From NCBI RefSeq assembly GCF_964204865.1, contig NC_135252.1:11160001-11224000 (forward strand): a DNA stretch of 64,000 nucleotides, read 5' to 3'. This DNA is from Styela clava (lineage: Eukaryota). Within the stretch, counting starts at the first letter, position 1. The number at the start of each line of letters is the position of its first letter. Positions 50,960-64,000 of the stretch are shown here, one piece after another. Under the pieces are notes generated by a model. The model saw nothing but the letters and a program-made list of their open reading frames with translations, was not told the origin of the DNA and did no database searches. Position numbers and translations under genes: made by a program.

Positions 50960-53277
50960 TTTTCGTTAAAAACAATTATTTCATAACTACATGGGTTAGT
51001 TTTGAATACATAGTAACATTGCATCTCCTTACAATGTCAGAAATTCATTTTTAGTAGATTAATGGTAGTTTATTTCACTAATATAAGCCAAGATCTATCG
51101 ACAGCATCTAGCCACTTTCTTTTGCGCTCGTCAAACTACATTTGTGTTGCTGCGGGCATTTCGTTTTCTTTCTTAAAGCTTAGGGACTTGGGAAATATTT
51201 TATTAGTTGAAATGGATTGGAATATTTGACCTCGTCTTTCACTCCGAACAAGGCCATGCAAAACCATCCACTGGTATCTAACGATGTGTAACGTGTTTTC
51301 TTTTGGAATAACCGGAACCTTTCAGGTGCAGCATTGAGTTTGGCCAGATTAATATATCCTTGTGGAGATAGAAGAAATGCGTATGCGAAACCAAGATGTG
51401 CACCTGTTATGCCAACATAGTTGAGTCAAACATTTTGATCACTAGTACATCACATACATTTTCCTGCGTGCTCCGGTTGTACGTAGTAACGCGCACATTT
51501 TTGCGAACATGCATCAAATTCCACTTGTTTATTGAGCTATAGGTTTTTGACGAGCTTTTGTGTATGATTTCATTCCATAGAATTTGTATGCTGTTTTAAA
51601 GAATACTAGTTTCAGCTTTTTTATTCATTCAAACCGTAGGAAGTAAGTTTTGTAATACTGCGTGTTGGTTTTCAAATGGTTTATTTATATCCATTACTTG
51701 ACATACTTAAATCGGTGATGCCAGTAAATCTTTAATACAAAAAAATCAGTATCATCTGCAATAAAAACAGCAGTACCTACTCAAATGACAGCTGGGGGAT
51801 GGATACTCATATTATCTGCTCCATCGCGTGCCTCTTACCAGTTTACATGAGTGCCAATTGGTATCTAAGCTCAGCCAGAGACAAAAAGTTTCGGATTGCG
51901 GTTGGCGCGAAGAATTGTTTTTAAATATATATTCCGCAATAAGATTATTTGATGCATATTACTGAAATTACTTTCCCATTGCACTATTCCTTTATTGATA
52001 TTCAATAATATGACGCTCATCTGACATAGTTTTTCAAGTGTGTAGATAGGTATAATCTTTTCCACGCTGTTCAGATGGGAATGCGCGAATATATCTGAGA
52101 ATCGCTGATATTGGTTTGCAATACGATGAAATTCCATCTTGGCATTTCTGCCTCGCGCAATTGCTGCGTATATTTATCGGAGAAGTTCTGTGGCGTGGTT
52201 ATCAAATGAAGAACACATGGGAGTATTTTTTCCACTTTTTTACTATTCTCAAACCTTCACATTTTGTCAAACCTTTTTTCCATTCAACCTTTTTTTTGAA
52301 ACATCCCCAACAACCACAATTAATTCTGTCATGAAACTTCCGAAACAAACAGATAAAATCATCAACAGATGCATTTCACCAAATGCTAAGTAGATATTGC
52401 TAAATTGATCTTTATTTTACCATTTTTCATGTAATGCTTTTTGGTAAACCTGTTATCTATCGTAAATACAGCACATTTGGCTATGTTGTAGTGTAACTTT
52501 TTTGACCTCACATTTTTGATATTTGTATTCAGATCTCTTGGCCTTGGGCCTCTGTCAAGCAAAGTTACATATAAAATATTGGTTGTAAGTTGCAAAACAT
52601 GATCATGTTGTTGGAATAACTCGGCATTTTACCACCCGCATATATATCATTCATTGTCGAGAATAATGAGGAAATCTAAAACCCGTTCTCGTGAATTTTT
52701 TGTTGTAGCTGAATTCGAGGGACAGCATGACAACAGGCAAGAAAAGCACGGTAGCCTCTTATAGTTTATGACAGGGTTTCCTAAAAGGGCACCCCAGCCC
52801 CCTTGGAGGCCACTGATCGGTTATCTGGGAGCACGAACAAACAGATGGAAATGCGAATATATAATAACAATGTATTTTTATAGAAGAGAAGAAGCAAAAG
52901 TGTTGAAAGTCTTTGGTAGTTTGAAAAGCATTGGCATGGAACATAAGAATGAACTACATTTTTTCCCCATGGATATACTATAAAATGTAGCAATTTTCTC
53001 ATTCTTGTTCTCGTGATAGCATTATCTTTCACTGCATCGTCGTGATCATCCCGCTGCATAACAAGGGTGTATATCCACTTGAACCACTGCCGGCTGCATT
53101 AGCAGGCTTGTATTGTTAATTGCAACAAGAGCGGGTATTTTGAAATAGTACTCTTTATTTTACGCGTATGTTACAACAGAATTTCCATATATATGGGTCG
53201 CGACCCAAAGCTGGGTTCAAAAAATACCTAAAAGTTATTGATTTTTATTTCATAGTAAATTTGCTGCTTCCGTTGTT

Positions 53278-53355
53278 TGTGCACCAAGATGGCGCACAAC
53301 CTGAACATAGTATTGTAACAGGTTATGTTTCAGGTTGTGCGCCATTATGGTGCAC
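53278..53355. mobile_element. Truncated member of the 110-bp MITE family
   Basis: TGTGCACCAAGATGGCGCACAACCTGAA..TTCAGGTTGTGCGCCATTATGGTGCACA. Confidence 0.7.
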
Positions 53356-53659
53356 AGATTTGATGAAAAACACTAATACAAATATCGAGCCGTAAAAAAA
53401 ATTGCTCAAGGCTGCAAACTCCACACCCATGTAGAAATGATGGGCAATAACCCCAAGATGAATAATCACAAATAAAAAAAACTTTATGTCTGAAAACAAA
53501 GTTGGGCCCAAAAAAGCCCCTTATCTGCCTGACTAAGGCAGTTACGATAAGCGAATACGACTTTTGACGTCATTGTCGTCTTATCGAAGAATATACCCAC
53601 ATCTTAATTTCTCCGACAAGTCTTATCTTTCCTGTTTTTTGCTGTAAACGAAGCCAAAT

Positions 53660-55220
53660 TGTTTTGTTACGGTATACAAAATATTTTCTATCTTTTCCAA
53701 ACACCAAAGGGCAGCCATAAAGGTATGATAATTGTTTAGAAGTCCATTAATGTCATAAAATATTGCAAATGAAACGCATAAAGATTTAAAACATACTCGC
53801 AATCATTTATTATTTTCACTCGATGAAGTTACTTAGTTCCTCGCCGTCGTCATCTGTTAAATATTGGTTATTAAGACTATGACGTAACCACCATAAAGTT
53901 TAAACTTGTCTGTTAGAATATGAGAAAATTCTATTATAACTAAAAATAATATAAGAATATTTCAATTATACAGGTTTGTATATTTCTGTCTAAACACTTG
54001 ACACAATGGCACATTTTTTTATAACCATGCTATTGGTTGCTCTGATTTCTCGTAATCGCACTCAAGATTATGATAATATAATATGGTCCTACATCCGTTC
54101 ATCTAGATAAATAATCCAATACAAGAATTTTGCAGTCTGGTTACGAAAAGAAATTTGAACTAAATGGTGCAATGAAATGCACTGTAAAGATTTATTTTGC
54201 CTTGCAAATATTTCACCTATGCCAGAACACAGATAAGTTGTGCTTTCAAAGTTTCATCCCCTGCCATTATTGAATTTATAAACAGGATCATGTATTGCGG
54301 AAAATGAAGTGACTAAGGCAACTGGGTTTGCGCAAATTCGTTTGGTTACGTAGAACTGCTCTAGGGTTTTTGATAACATTAGTAAAACATATCTTGTAGC
54401 TTAAAAACTGTAAAAAGCGGAAATTCAAATTATAACATAAAATTCCACTAAAGATAATTGTACGCTTGTTCAATATTAAACATCCATCCCGTTTTCTTGA
54501 CAATTAAAACAATATCATCTACAATGACGTCACAACATTAAAATTACCGTTTTCGAAGGAAACGCTTTTTATTGATTTCGATGAACTAAGATCCCCGAAA
54601 AGTAAAAATATACACCACTGAATCATATATTTCAATATTTTTATTCTGTGTTACAGTTAGCAGAAATTCTTTTACCATTCAAATAGATTTTATAATCGCT
54701 TATTTGAATAAGAAAATACAGATCGCTATAACCATTGTTTTTGTTAAATTTTTAAAAATAAAAATGTGTTAAAAAGAATTTGGAATACTTCACCCCGATA
54801 GTTTGAAGCATTTCATCAAAATCGAATTTGATTTTCGGATATTTAAACATTTCGAATATTGTGTATTTATGTTTCGTTATTGATACAACTTATTCAAAAT
54901 TATTCAAAGTTGGCAAGTATCAAAAATAAACCGCGGTGGTACAAGTGGATGGTGCTTTGATTTATGCTGAATGAATGAATATTAAAAAAAAAATTGGAAG
55001 GAAAAATAAAAAACAGAAAATAATTTATTAAAAGAAATTATAAATGAAAAGCCAAGCTGCCAATTGAATGATAATGTTTGTACAGGTTCCATGGTAGAAT
55101 GGATACAGCCAAAACACCAGGAAAAAAAACAGTAGCTTTTGAAATAAATTTTCTGGGATAAAGTGGTGGATGTATAATATACGGTATGCACTCCCACAAA
55201 ATTAAAAATCTGCAAAAACT
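53660..55220. repeat. Diverged direct segmental duplicate of ~48740-50580
   Basis: Collinear sequence similarity, as listed for the partner block. Confidence 0.8.
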
Positions 55221-55369
55221 GACGAAAGTGGCATTTGGTCGTTGTGGCTATTTCCACTTTGAAGAATACACCCACAGCTTTATCTTCTCCGCCAATTTTT
55301 TTCCCATAAAGGGAACTATGGAGTAATCTCTCATTGTGACGACATTAATATTTTCATCTTGGAATTTAC

Positions 55370-56398
55370 TCAGGCTTCTGTCTCTTTGCTGGAAATTCTA
55401 CCCTGGCTACTCTCCTCTTCGGGCGGTTTCGTGATCCAAATATGGATACAACACGGCAGCATTTTCTTTTTCCAATCCGGGAATGACAACAAAACCATTA
55501 AAAGGTTTACCAGAAGAGTGATATACATTGACAACGGTAAAGTAACACCGTCACGTAAAACAGATGAAGCAGCCATAGCGACAGATAATGTATCGGTGAT
55601 AGAACAAGCCAAGCCTGTAATAAAAGCCCTTCGTGTAATAGATTTGATTTTTAGACGATTCCCTAAATTTCCACCTTGTGTTAGGTTTGACTTATGCTTG
55701 TATAAAGGAATAACAAAAAGCCAAAGCAACATAAATTGCATCAGAAGGGAAGTCGAGCCAATGACAATCCACATCGCTTGTGGATTTACAGTCGAAGAAA
55801 CAATAGCACATCCAGAATCCACCACAGCAAATGTATAAGCAGATACATAAATAAGAAATGTTGTCAGAGGAGATAGGGTCAGGAGAAAAACAACAACTAT
55901 ACTTAAGGTACGGGTCGTCTTTGTTGTAAGATGTCTCATTGCTGGATCGTTATAAATTGACCTCTGGCGGAACCACAGAGTAAGATACGAAAACAGGAAC
56001 ACAAAACTGCCTGCTGTCCCTCTTATTCTTCTCATAACGGGACACAGGCTTGGAACATACAACTCGACGATAATTTTTTCAGTAGCAGGGGTGTTGAACA
56101 GCACCATACAAGCAGTTATAAGCAATGATATTTCCATTAAAATCCGATATCGTTTTGGTCCTTTCTTTTTAAGACTTTTCGATAGATTTTTCATCCTCGA
56201 TAAATGTATGATCATCGCTATTACAATGTAAAGATTTAATATGAATCCACATCCCGTCACAGCTACAAGTGTCAACCAATTTCGATAAAGTTGATCCGTT
56301 TTCCAAATCGTATTTCCATCAGTTGCAGTGACATTACTCACATAAACTTCGGTGGTATTAACCACAGTATACCAATTCATGCTGGTGGATACGGGCAT
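55370..56398 (-). CDS. Intronless 7TM (GPCR-like) orphan receptor, 342 aa
   Basis: Shares IWKTxQL, EKIxVxxYVPS, WFRQRSIY, VVDSGCAI, PLYKH, MAASSVLxDG and SFPxWK with 47060-48151. Confidence 0.88.
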   Translation of the reverse strand: MPVSTSMNWYTVVNTTEVYVSNVTATDGNTIWKTDQLYRNWLTLVAVTGCGFILNLYIVIAMIIHLSRMKNLSKSLKKKGPKRYRILMEISLLITACMVLFNTPATEKIIVELYVPSLCPVMRRIRGTAGSFVFLFSYLTLWFRQRSIYNDPAMRHLTTKTTRTLSIVVVFLLTLSPLTTFLIYVSAYTFAVVDSGCAIVSSTVNPQAMWIVIGSTSLLMQFMLLWLFVIPLYKHKSNLTQGGNLGNRLKIKSITRRAFITGLACSITDTLSVAMAASSVLRDGVTLPLSMYITLLVNLLMVLLSFPDWKKKMLPCCIHIWITKPPEEESSQGRISSKETEA

Positions 56399-59300
56399 AA
56401 AAAGAATCTCATAAGCAAGCTAACGGGTAGTTTTGTATATAAAGCTTCCTGCAATGAAGTTACAAAGATAAATGACGTACGAATTTTACGAAGTATCTAT
56501 CATAATTGAGCTAATTTTGGCAAAATACAAACTTATTGCATGAATCAGGATCCAAAATTGATAATTGCTTTTACTGTGTGGCTTCAACACTCATGAGCAA
56601 GAAAGGTATCGTTGAATAAAGTTATCCGCAATGAGAAAAATATTCCCTAAAGCGTTATTCAATTATCTCGTAAGTGGCAGTAATTAATCTTGTTAGTTTT
56701 ACATCACTCCTATTATATGTAAGCCAAACGTCCTTGATTGTTTTCAATTATTTATTATCAAGGTTGTATGATCGTGAATTCATTGTACATAATTAAAGGG
56801 TTTCTATGTAATCAACCAAAAAAAAATCATAAAAGACTGAAAACTGTTCAACAATAGCGTATTATATTGGTATATCCTAACCGTCGAATAAACACAAAAT
56901 TCTTACTAGCAAAGAGTTTGTAGTTTATCATATCTGTTTCTGTTATTTGACATCGCGAAATACTTAATCTTCAAACTTTGTAAAACAAAACAGACGCAGA
57001 CAAAAACTCACAAATTCTGCGGTAAACTTTATACAGGGTGGTCGCTAGAAAAACAGAAAATTTGACAAACAGCTATTTATTTTCACAAAGAATAACTTTT
57101 ACAAAGTTTTTTAAAAGCACGTGTTAGATGCTCAAAATATTGTCCGTGCACTTAGAAGCAGTGTCCTAATCTAAGTCCAAGCTCGTGTAACGATTTGAAG
57201 GTGTATTTATTGAATATCGTTCCAATTCAAACTATATACCTATAAGCATTTTATTCGTAATCTCATCTGATCTTAAAATTTTCTGCTTTTCTATCAACCA
57301 CTATGTATATATTACGTGAATCCGATAATGATTCCCAAAGTACCATATTTCGCAAAAGCAGTATACTTAAAAAACACAATTTGTTTTAATGACTATAAAT
57401 TGCCATAAAAATTTTCTACTTGGCATATTTTCAAGAATCATTTTAACATTAATACCTCCGCACTAAAGATAATAAGAAATATCAGCGACCGAAAAACGTA
57501 TGATATATATTATAATAATTTAGGTATATTCTTGTACGCAATTATTCAAATAACAGCATTTAAAATTGCGGTCAGTGATAGAACCTTGATAATTGAGTTC
57601 AGCTAATAAGAAATTCCACCCAATTCATTTTCTAGAAATACGAATAAAGTACGAATATCAGGTCAATTCAGGTCAAACTCATAATCGAAGTTAATCATAA
57701 TTTAAAGTCACAATGGTAACAGTTTTTGAAATACACAACTTACACGAAAGCGCCTAATTAAATTTTGAGCATAAGAGTATAAAGCACTGATAAAAAAAAA
57801 ACTGATAGAATAATAAATTTACTAATTATTAATACGAAAGCCTTGTTAACCAAAGTCCAGCCGGATAAATATGTTACTAAGATTGAAAAAACATTCGTTA
57901 TGATGACATATGGAAGATTTATAATATTGGCGATTTTAAGCATTGACTTCTAATGTTCTATAAAACATATATTTCTAATTTTTGATCCTTAAGTTGTCTA
58001 TCGCTGCCAAACAATAACAAATAACCATAGCAACAAACGAACACATACACAAATCTTCTAAAAGTAGGAACGGCAAACAAATAATCGGAGTTAACGTATG
58101 CGTTATCTACATACTTATATAGACAGCCTCGAGATATTGCTTAGCATATAATTTATTGGATTTGCGCATATTTAAATTTTAGAACGTCAGAACTGACTAT
58201 TCCTTAGATTTCACTCACGGACATGTAAATTTCAAAACAGAACAACGGTATAACAATTTCTGCAACGAATAAGAGTCACAACACTTTATGCAAAAAATTC
58301 CAGGTTGTTGAAAGGTTGAAACAGTTGCATTACAGTGCATTATTCAAAAATCTGTCTCACTTAGATTACTGTAATAATGTAAATATATGATTCTTATACG
58401 TATATAAATGAAACGACAGCCTTAGCACTTAATTAGCAAATTCATAGGACAATGGACTGCTAACCGTGGTAATATCACACCTGAAGCTTTATTCATTGCC
58501 CTCTACCACGCAGTGAAATTTGTCATACGATTCCTTATTTGGCTGAATAATCCATATAGCCGTATCGAATTATGAGTAAAGCACTTTAATGACATCATTC
58601 AATTTTAATGAATGACGTTGATTCACTTGATGATTTGAATTAACTTTTATGCGTTTCTCCTCCAATTTGGATTATGGCCTTATATATATTTATAGTATAC
58701 ATCATAAAATTATTATGTAGTGAATACTTTGTTCAATTGATACCATAACACTCCAACAATATAGTATAGATACCGGAAAAAATCATATTCTAACACAATA
58801 ATTTTTTAGGAAAACATGAACTTTTCATTGAAAAAAGGAACCCCATCTAAATGTTGCCGTATTCAGTCACTCTGCCGTTTTCTATATTTATACTAGTCAC
58901 AATATATGCATATACTCACGTCGTGCGTTATCAATCGGATAAAATTCGACAAGTTAAGCTATATATACACATAGAGACTTTTTTCGATTGTCTATATTGC
59001 TTCTGTATCTTCATCCATTATACTGTTTGTTTGAAATTATAGTAAAAGCCCAGAAGTTCCTAATTATGAAAAGATAAGATTTCTGTGCGCACTTCCGCAG
59101 CAGTTAATATATTATTATTATTTGATGAAGTCGCTTCTTACAGCCGTGGGTGTATTAACTGTAGTGATATAAAACAAATGTGTGGGTAATGACTATAATA
59201 TATAATATAAACGGATGCATATATTTTAGGTTTCTTTTTCAGTCAACTTATAATCAATACAGCTCTGTTCAATTTCATTTTAACACTTTCATGTGTAAAA

Positions 59301-60239
59301 TCCGGGAGAGCTGATTGGAAATATATCTCATTGCCGCAGGTTGGTTTACATATATACACATGTTTTGACAAAAGGGGTTCGGCAAACTGTGGCCCGCATG
59401 CCAAGTACGGTCCGTCAACTATATTTTTGCGGCCGTCGAACGACCTCAATTTTATGCTATAATAACTATAAAGCAAAAATTGATCCTAAATTCATTATTT
59501 GTTCCACACGGATTTATGTCGTAAGTTCTTGCTATACGCCGCTAATTTTGCAGTAAGTAGCATATCGTTCGTTTTATTTATCACATTAGTTTATTCTAAT
59601 TTTTAAAATCTAGCATTAAAATTCCCTGAGACGTAGGAAAGTTGGCGACGAGAGTACAACATTCAAAAGTGCCTGTATGAAAAAATATATCCTTCCTAAG
59701 CTTCTCAAAACATGTTTTCTTGATATGCCTAGCCAGTATCACAGTTAAGGAAATTAATGTAAACCTCATTACGAAACGTGTCATTGCCAAAAACAAATTC
59801 GACCCCGAGACCCTGATATGCGCCACTGCTCATCTGTATGACAATGAAAACGTGTAATGTGCATGTTTGGAAGCACATATTGTTGTGAGCAGCTTTATCC
59901 AAAATTAATAATCACACTAAGAATAAACCTCGTACTCACCTTTGTCATTTGAACGACGTACAAGGTATTTATTTTTGTTATATATAAGAGTCAATATGGA
60001 GCAAAAAGAAAAACATGTACGGTAAAAGTAAGAAAACAAACCGAAAACAATGACTCATAGCAGTTGACGTTGGTCGCGAAAGACTCAATGAGTTATCCAG
60101 CCAACCTTGACGCTGAATTACATCAGCAAACATAGCAAAAACAATTGCATGAAAAATTATCTCAAAAATACACAATCATGGAAAAACAAAAATCTATTCA
60201 AATAAATAAATCCTACTACAGGGACAGTTATTCGACACG

Positions 60240-60862
60240 AAATGGACCTATGGATCGATTTGCTATTATGTTGTTGTTCTTGTTGGTATTTTTCTTCTTG
60301 TTGTTATGAAAAAATCGCTTTTCTCATTTACTAATGGACCGATTGCTTTGCAATTTTAAGTGGTTAAATATTGCGTTTTGCTCTAGAAGGCTTTTACTTT
60401 TATTCATTTCTAAATTTTGTATGAATCCTATGGAAATTTTTTCGTCCGAAATTTCACCATATTTTCATTTTTTTATTTAACACGGTTTTTCATCCGCCAA
60501 GCGTGACGACTGTTTCCCATTTGACGCAACGCTACGCAAAACTCGGAGATTAATTGATACCGGTAAGTACGGTACGAAAATTAATTTGTTCTGAATTTCA
60601 TGTCCATATATTTGAGCACCGCTATCTTGTTATTGGACACGTAGTGGACATAACGATCGTTTCAATATTATGTTGTTGTTGTTGTTCTTTGACACGTTTT
60701 TAAAAAGTCGCTTTTCTCTTCGAATACTGGACCAATTGCTTTGAAATTTTCAGTGGTTGAAGATAAAAATTTTCTCCAGAAGGCTATTACTTTTTTTTTC
60801 GCTATGACGTCATCAAAATTATGTGACTCTACGTGTCCATATATTTGAGCATAGCTCTCTTG
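60240..60862. mobile_element. Two tandem Helentron-associated (HINE-like) elements
   Basis: A complete unit at 60630-60862 has the TGGACACGTAG / CTACGTGTCCA sub-TIR, (TTG)n and the 3' GAGCATAGCTC hairpin. A diverged unit lies immediately upstream, ending at ~60630. Confidence 0.72.
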
Positions 60863-63329
60863 TGATTCATTTAGTGTTAGATGGCTGATTAGCGACATCT
60901 GGTAATTAGTACAAAGATACCAGTTGATTTAAACGCTTTGGCCAACACATGGAAACAACATCATCCTTCACATTGATGATAAGTGAATAAAAACAATGTA
61001 TTGCGTTTGATAAAAAACAAGAAACGGCCACGCACATGTCTCATTGTTCAGGCGTTTATCACAAGGATGAGGGACGCGAGTGAGCCATAACTTGATGTTT
61101 AATGTGGCGATTGTTCGTAGGAGAAAATTAATGCGACATGCACGCTACCGGAAATGTGTATATTTGGTCAGCTAGTAGGCTACATAAAGTTCTGCCGACC
61201 ACTGCTTCACGACATAATGGGCGAGGTACGCCATGAAGTTTGCAGAAGTTTCAAAGACGCGTGGACGCCAAATTTCTTGAAAGAACACTCCAGAACGCTC
61301 CAGATAAACCCAGGTTGCTGAATTCTTTTTATTATTATAAAATGCTAGATGTTACATGTCACTGTTTCACCGTGTACTTGAGGTTATCTGTAAGATTCAA
61401 CAGAAGATGAGTTGTGTGGAATCTTTAGAAAATAAGGAGATGACGGACTTATGGATTCAGGGTGCCCAATTTAAGAAATCCTATGTTTACCTTTTTCTTG
61501 ATATTATGCAACATGATGAATGAAGTCGCAGTCGATTTGGCCGAAAAAATAACTTGGTCAGTGCTTAAATGTAATCTTGATTTGTTTTTCCACTCTCCAC
61601 GCCGCATATTTAAAATTTTGCTATGCAAAATATATTGTTGCAGTCTAATGCCTTAGCGCCGCAACTAGCGCAGATTCAATTCATATTTGTGTTGTCTGAG
61701 TTACCAAATCAATATCGTCGATAATGGTTAAAGTATAGAGGGTCAACATTAGAGGGTCAACAGGGTTATCATTCTCTGTGGTTAAAGCCTTGCCTCATGG
61801 CCTGAGGCAGCAGGCAAAATAGAATGGAGTTCAACAACGTCACTGGGTCCCACTATTTCCATTTACGGAGACAGGAGCGGCCATTTACGCTACTACTGTT
61901 GGTATGCCATACTCAGATTGTTTTGTAATACAATTTATCCAAATTCACAACTCTTTTGAACATTTTTCAGGCTGCAAACTTTTTACAATACGAAACTTAT
62001 CATGGACATATCGGAATATTTTATCACTGCTTCCAAGATCCTCTAAATTAAATATAAAACTAAGATATGGATTAGCTTTGGAAGATTTACTAAATTTGTT
62101 TTCTATACTTATATATATATTTTTGTTGATAGATTTTATATTGACGTATGGAATCGAATACGCAGCAAGTTTCAAAACAATAAGTTAGCTAATTTTGTTA
62201 GTCGTTGTATTGGCAACGACTTATCGCATCGCTTCGTTAAACAGTTGAAAGGTCAACTGTCAATCAAAATGAGAATCGAATGACCGGTAACTTCAAAACA
62301 AAATCTCAGCACCAATATCATAATATAGACTAGATTCTGAGATCAGTTTTGTAGTTCGATCGTCTGGTTGCTTAATACCGTACTTAATTATCCTCCGTTA
62401 CTTGAAGAAGAGATCTATTATTTCAGTGTGCACGAGACTGACAGGCTCTATTTAAAAGTAAACGAGCACCTATTCCAGTACCGGTAGCCTACCTACAGCT
62501 GTACAGACCTATTCGGCGAACCTTATTCAAAGACTGTCGACGGTTTACAGGTTTAAGTAAGGTTTGAACCTAGGCAACTGCTGTAGGCCTACTGTGTCTG
62601 TGTGTACAGTATCAAAAATCAATTGGGTAGTTGCTGAATTTGTGCTTATGTGTATTCGGAAGTTGAAACAACAACAAGTCCAGAAGTCTGCAAGTGGAAG
62701 AATTTACAACCTGACAACTGTTTGATACCGGTACTGTCAGACTGTGATGTAAACCTAAATGGTCTGAACTTATTTCAAGGTTGGAATTAAAGGCTCTGAT
62801 GCAAAATCAGGTGAGAAGCATGGATCAGCTAGGTTCTGAGTTTTACTAACATCTAAACAAAAATATGGTTATCAAGTCTTTCTTGCAGTATTACATCTGT
62901 ACATTGTTTGGTTTACACTAGTTCTGTAGTTTTGTACTTTTCAGTCTGTTTAACTGAAGTAGGCTATAATTTTTATTACAGTAATACTAATATGGTACGG
63001 TAGCTGACATGCAGACATGGCTAGATTCTTTTGTCCTAAGCTGGCGGTAGTTCATTCATTGATTCATGATAGTTCTGTGTCTTCTGACTTATTCTTTCCT
63101 ATTCCTGTATTCATTCCTTTTCAAGAGACAAAAAATTTTTTTAGTTAATTTTTAATTTTTGTTAAACCATGCTGCCATGCAAGACTGCAGAAGATACTGC
63201 ACAATATTACATGCTTTTATTTTATGGCTAAAATATTTTAGACAGAGTACTTTTTAGACATATCTTGGTTAATCAATAAATAATGTGGGTACATCTTCAT
63301 ATTGTTTGGGCCATGAATAGGCTTAGGGA

Positions 63330-63970
63330 CCAGACTGGATTCCATGGCAGATGCACGCCCGAGGGCGCTAGCGCTCAACAAAAATGCACGCGAGCGAATT
63401 CAATTTTGCACGCCGAAAATTTGCAATTGCTCACCAATGTAAATCGGTCTAAATAGTTTTTAAATCAATAATCTAGTAATATAAAGATGCCAAAAAATTA
63501 TAACTTTACAATTGTCGACTAATACTTGCTTGCAAGATTTGGCCTGATCGAAAAATGCGAAGCAAAAATCACCATATCGTGTTGAATGATAGGAATCCCG
63601 TGAAAAAAATCGCCTCCTCACCGACGCTGGCCAGTTATGGCTCTGATTCAGCGTATTTTTAATACAATAATTTTACACGGATGTACTGAACAGTACCGGT
63701 ATCTAAAGTCGCACAAACACACACAAAATTAGTGACAAAATATAGAAATGATGTTTTGGGGGTCAAAGGTCAAACGTCCATTTTTGCCATGATCCAACTT
63801 ATTTTTACGCGGATGTATTGAGAGGTATCTTAGGTCGAAATCAGTTTAGCGGGCGCAGTTGTTCTGCACGCCGTGAACTATAATTGCACGCCAGAAATTC
63901 TTATTTGCACGCGGGAATTTCTGATTGCACGCCCGATTTCTCGTTCGAAAAGGCCATGAAATCCAGACGG
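63330..63970. mobile_element. Non-autonomous TIR DNA transposon
   Basis: Ends CCAGACTGGATTCCATGG / CCATGAAATCCAGACGG; flanking direct repeat GCTTAGGGA (63321-63329, 63971-63979); subterminal TGCACGC repeats. Confidence 0.78.
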
Positions 63971-64000
63971 GCTTAGGGAGATGTTTTGAAATGGTAACGG

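Noticed and set aside
51000-53100. Possible decayed transposase (fragments such as NAITRTRMRKLLHFI, AFGEMHLLM, LSLAELRYQLA)
   Set aside because: Fragments are short, in different frames and not consistent with one family; a translated homology search is needed.
55359-55838. Plus-strand 159-aa ORF and similar ORFs antisense to real exons
   Set aside because: Shadow ORFs of the 7TM and Ig-like coding sequences.
56500-63300. Short ORFs in the right-hand region
   Set aside because: No recognisable domains or consistent exon chain; several overlap repeats.
1-64000. Prokaryotic systems (CRISPR arrays, operons), rRNA or tRNA genes
   Set aside because: The sequence is intron-containing eukaryotic DNA; I saw no regularly spaced repeat-spacer array or RNA-gene signature.

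Overview
AT-rich eukaryotic DNA with short GT-AG introns. It is probably an invertebrate chordate such as an ascidian, an inference from compactness, repeat types and gene families. Splicing the sequence by hand gives three blocks. (1) 1-23.8 kb, minus strand: a tandem cluster of type-I membrane receptors with tyrosine-motif-rich cytoplasmic tails. Gene C (~308 aa) and gene B (~429 aa) are signal peptide-Ig-Ser/Thr stalk-TM-tail. Gene A (~309 aa) has no Ig exon and only a mucin-like stalk. A further partial TM+tail copy (A') has a stop in its TM exon. Ectodomain exons are phase 1-1 and internal tail exons phase 2-2, and many YxxL/V motifs are completed only across splice junctions. B looks like a chimera of a C-type ectodomain and an A-type tail. 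(2) 28.4-44.3 kb, plus strand, head-to-head with the cluster: a 23-exon, ~1359-aa type-I membrane protein with eight Ig-like domains lacking the canonical disulfide, two copies of an unrecognised ~230-aa domain (DGGxDMYDRGN ... PSICEVYF ... GYxLLS) and a PDZ-type C-terminus. (3) 47-56.4 kb: two intronless non-canonical 7TM receptor genes. Many short non-autonomous transposons (hAT-, Tc1/mariner-, Merlin- and Helentron-like) are interspersed. All gene models are manual and lack transcript evidence.
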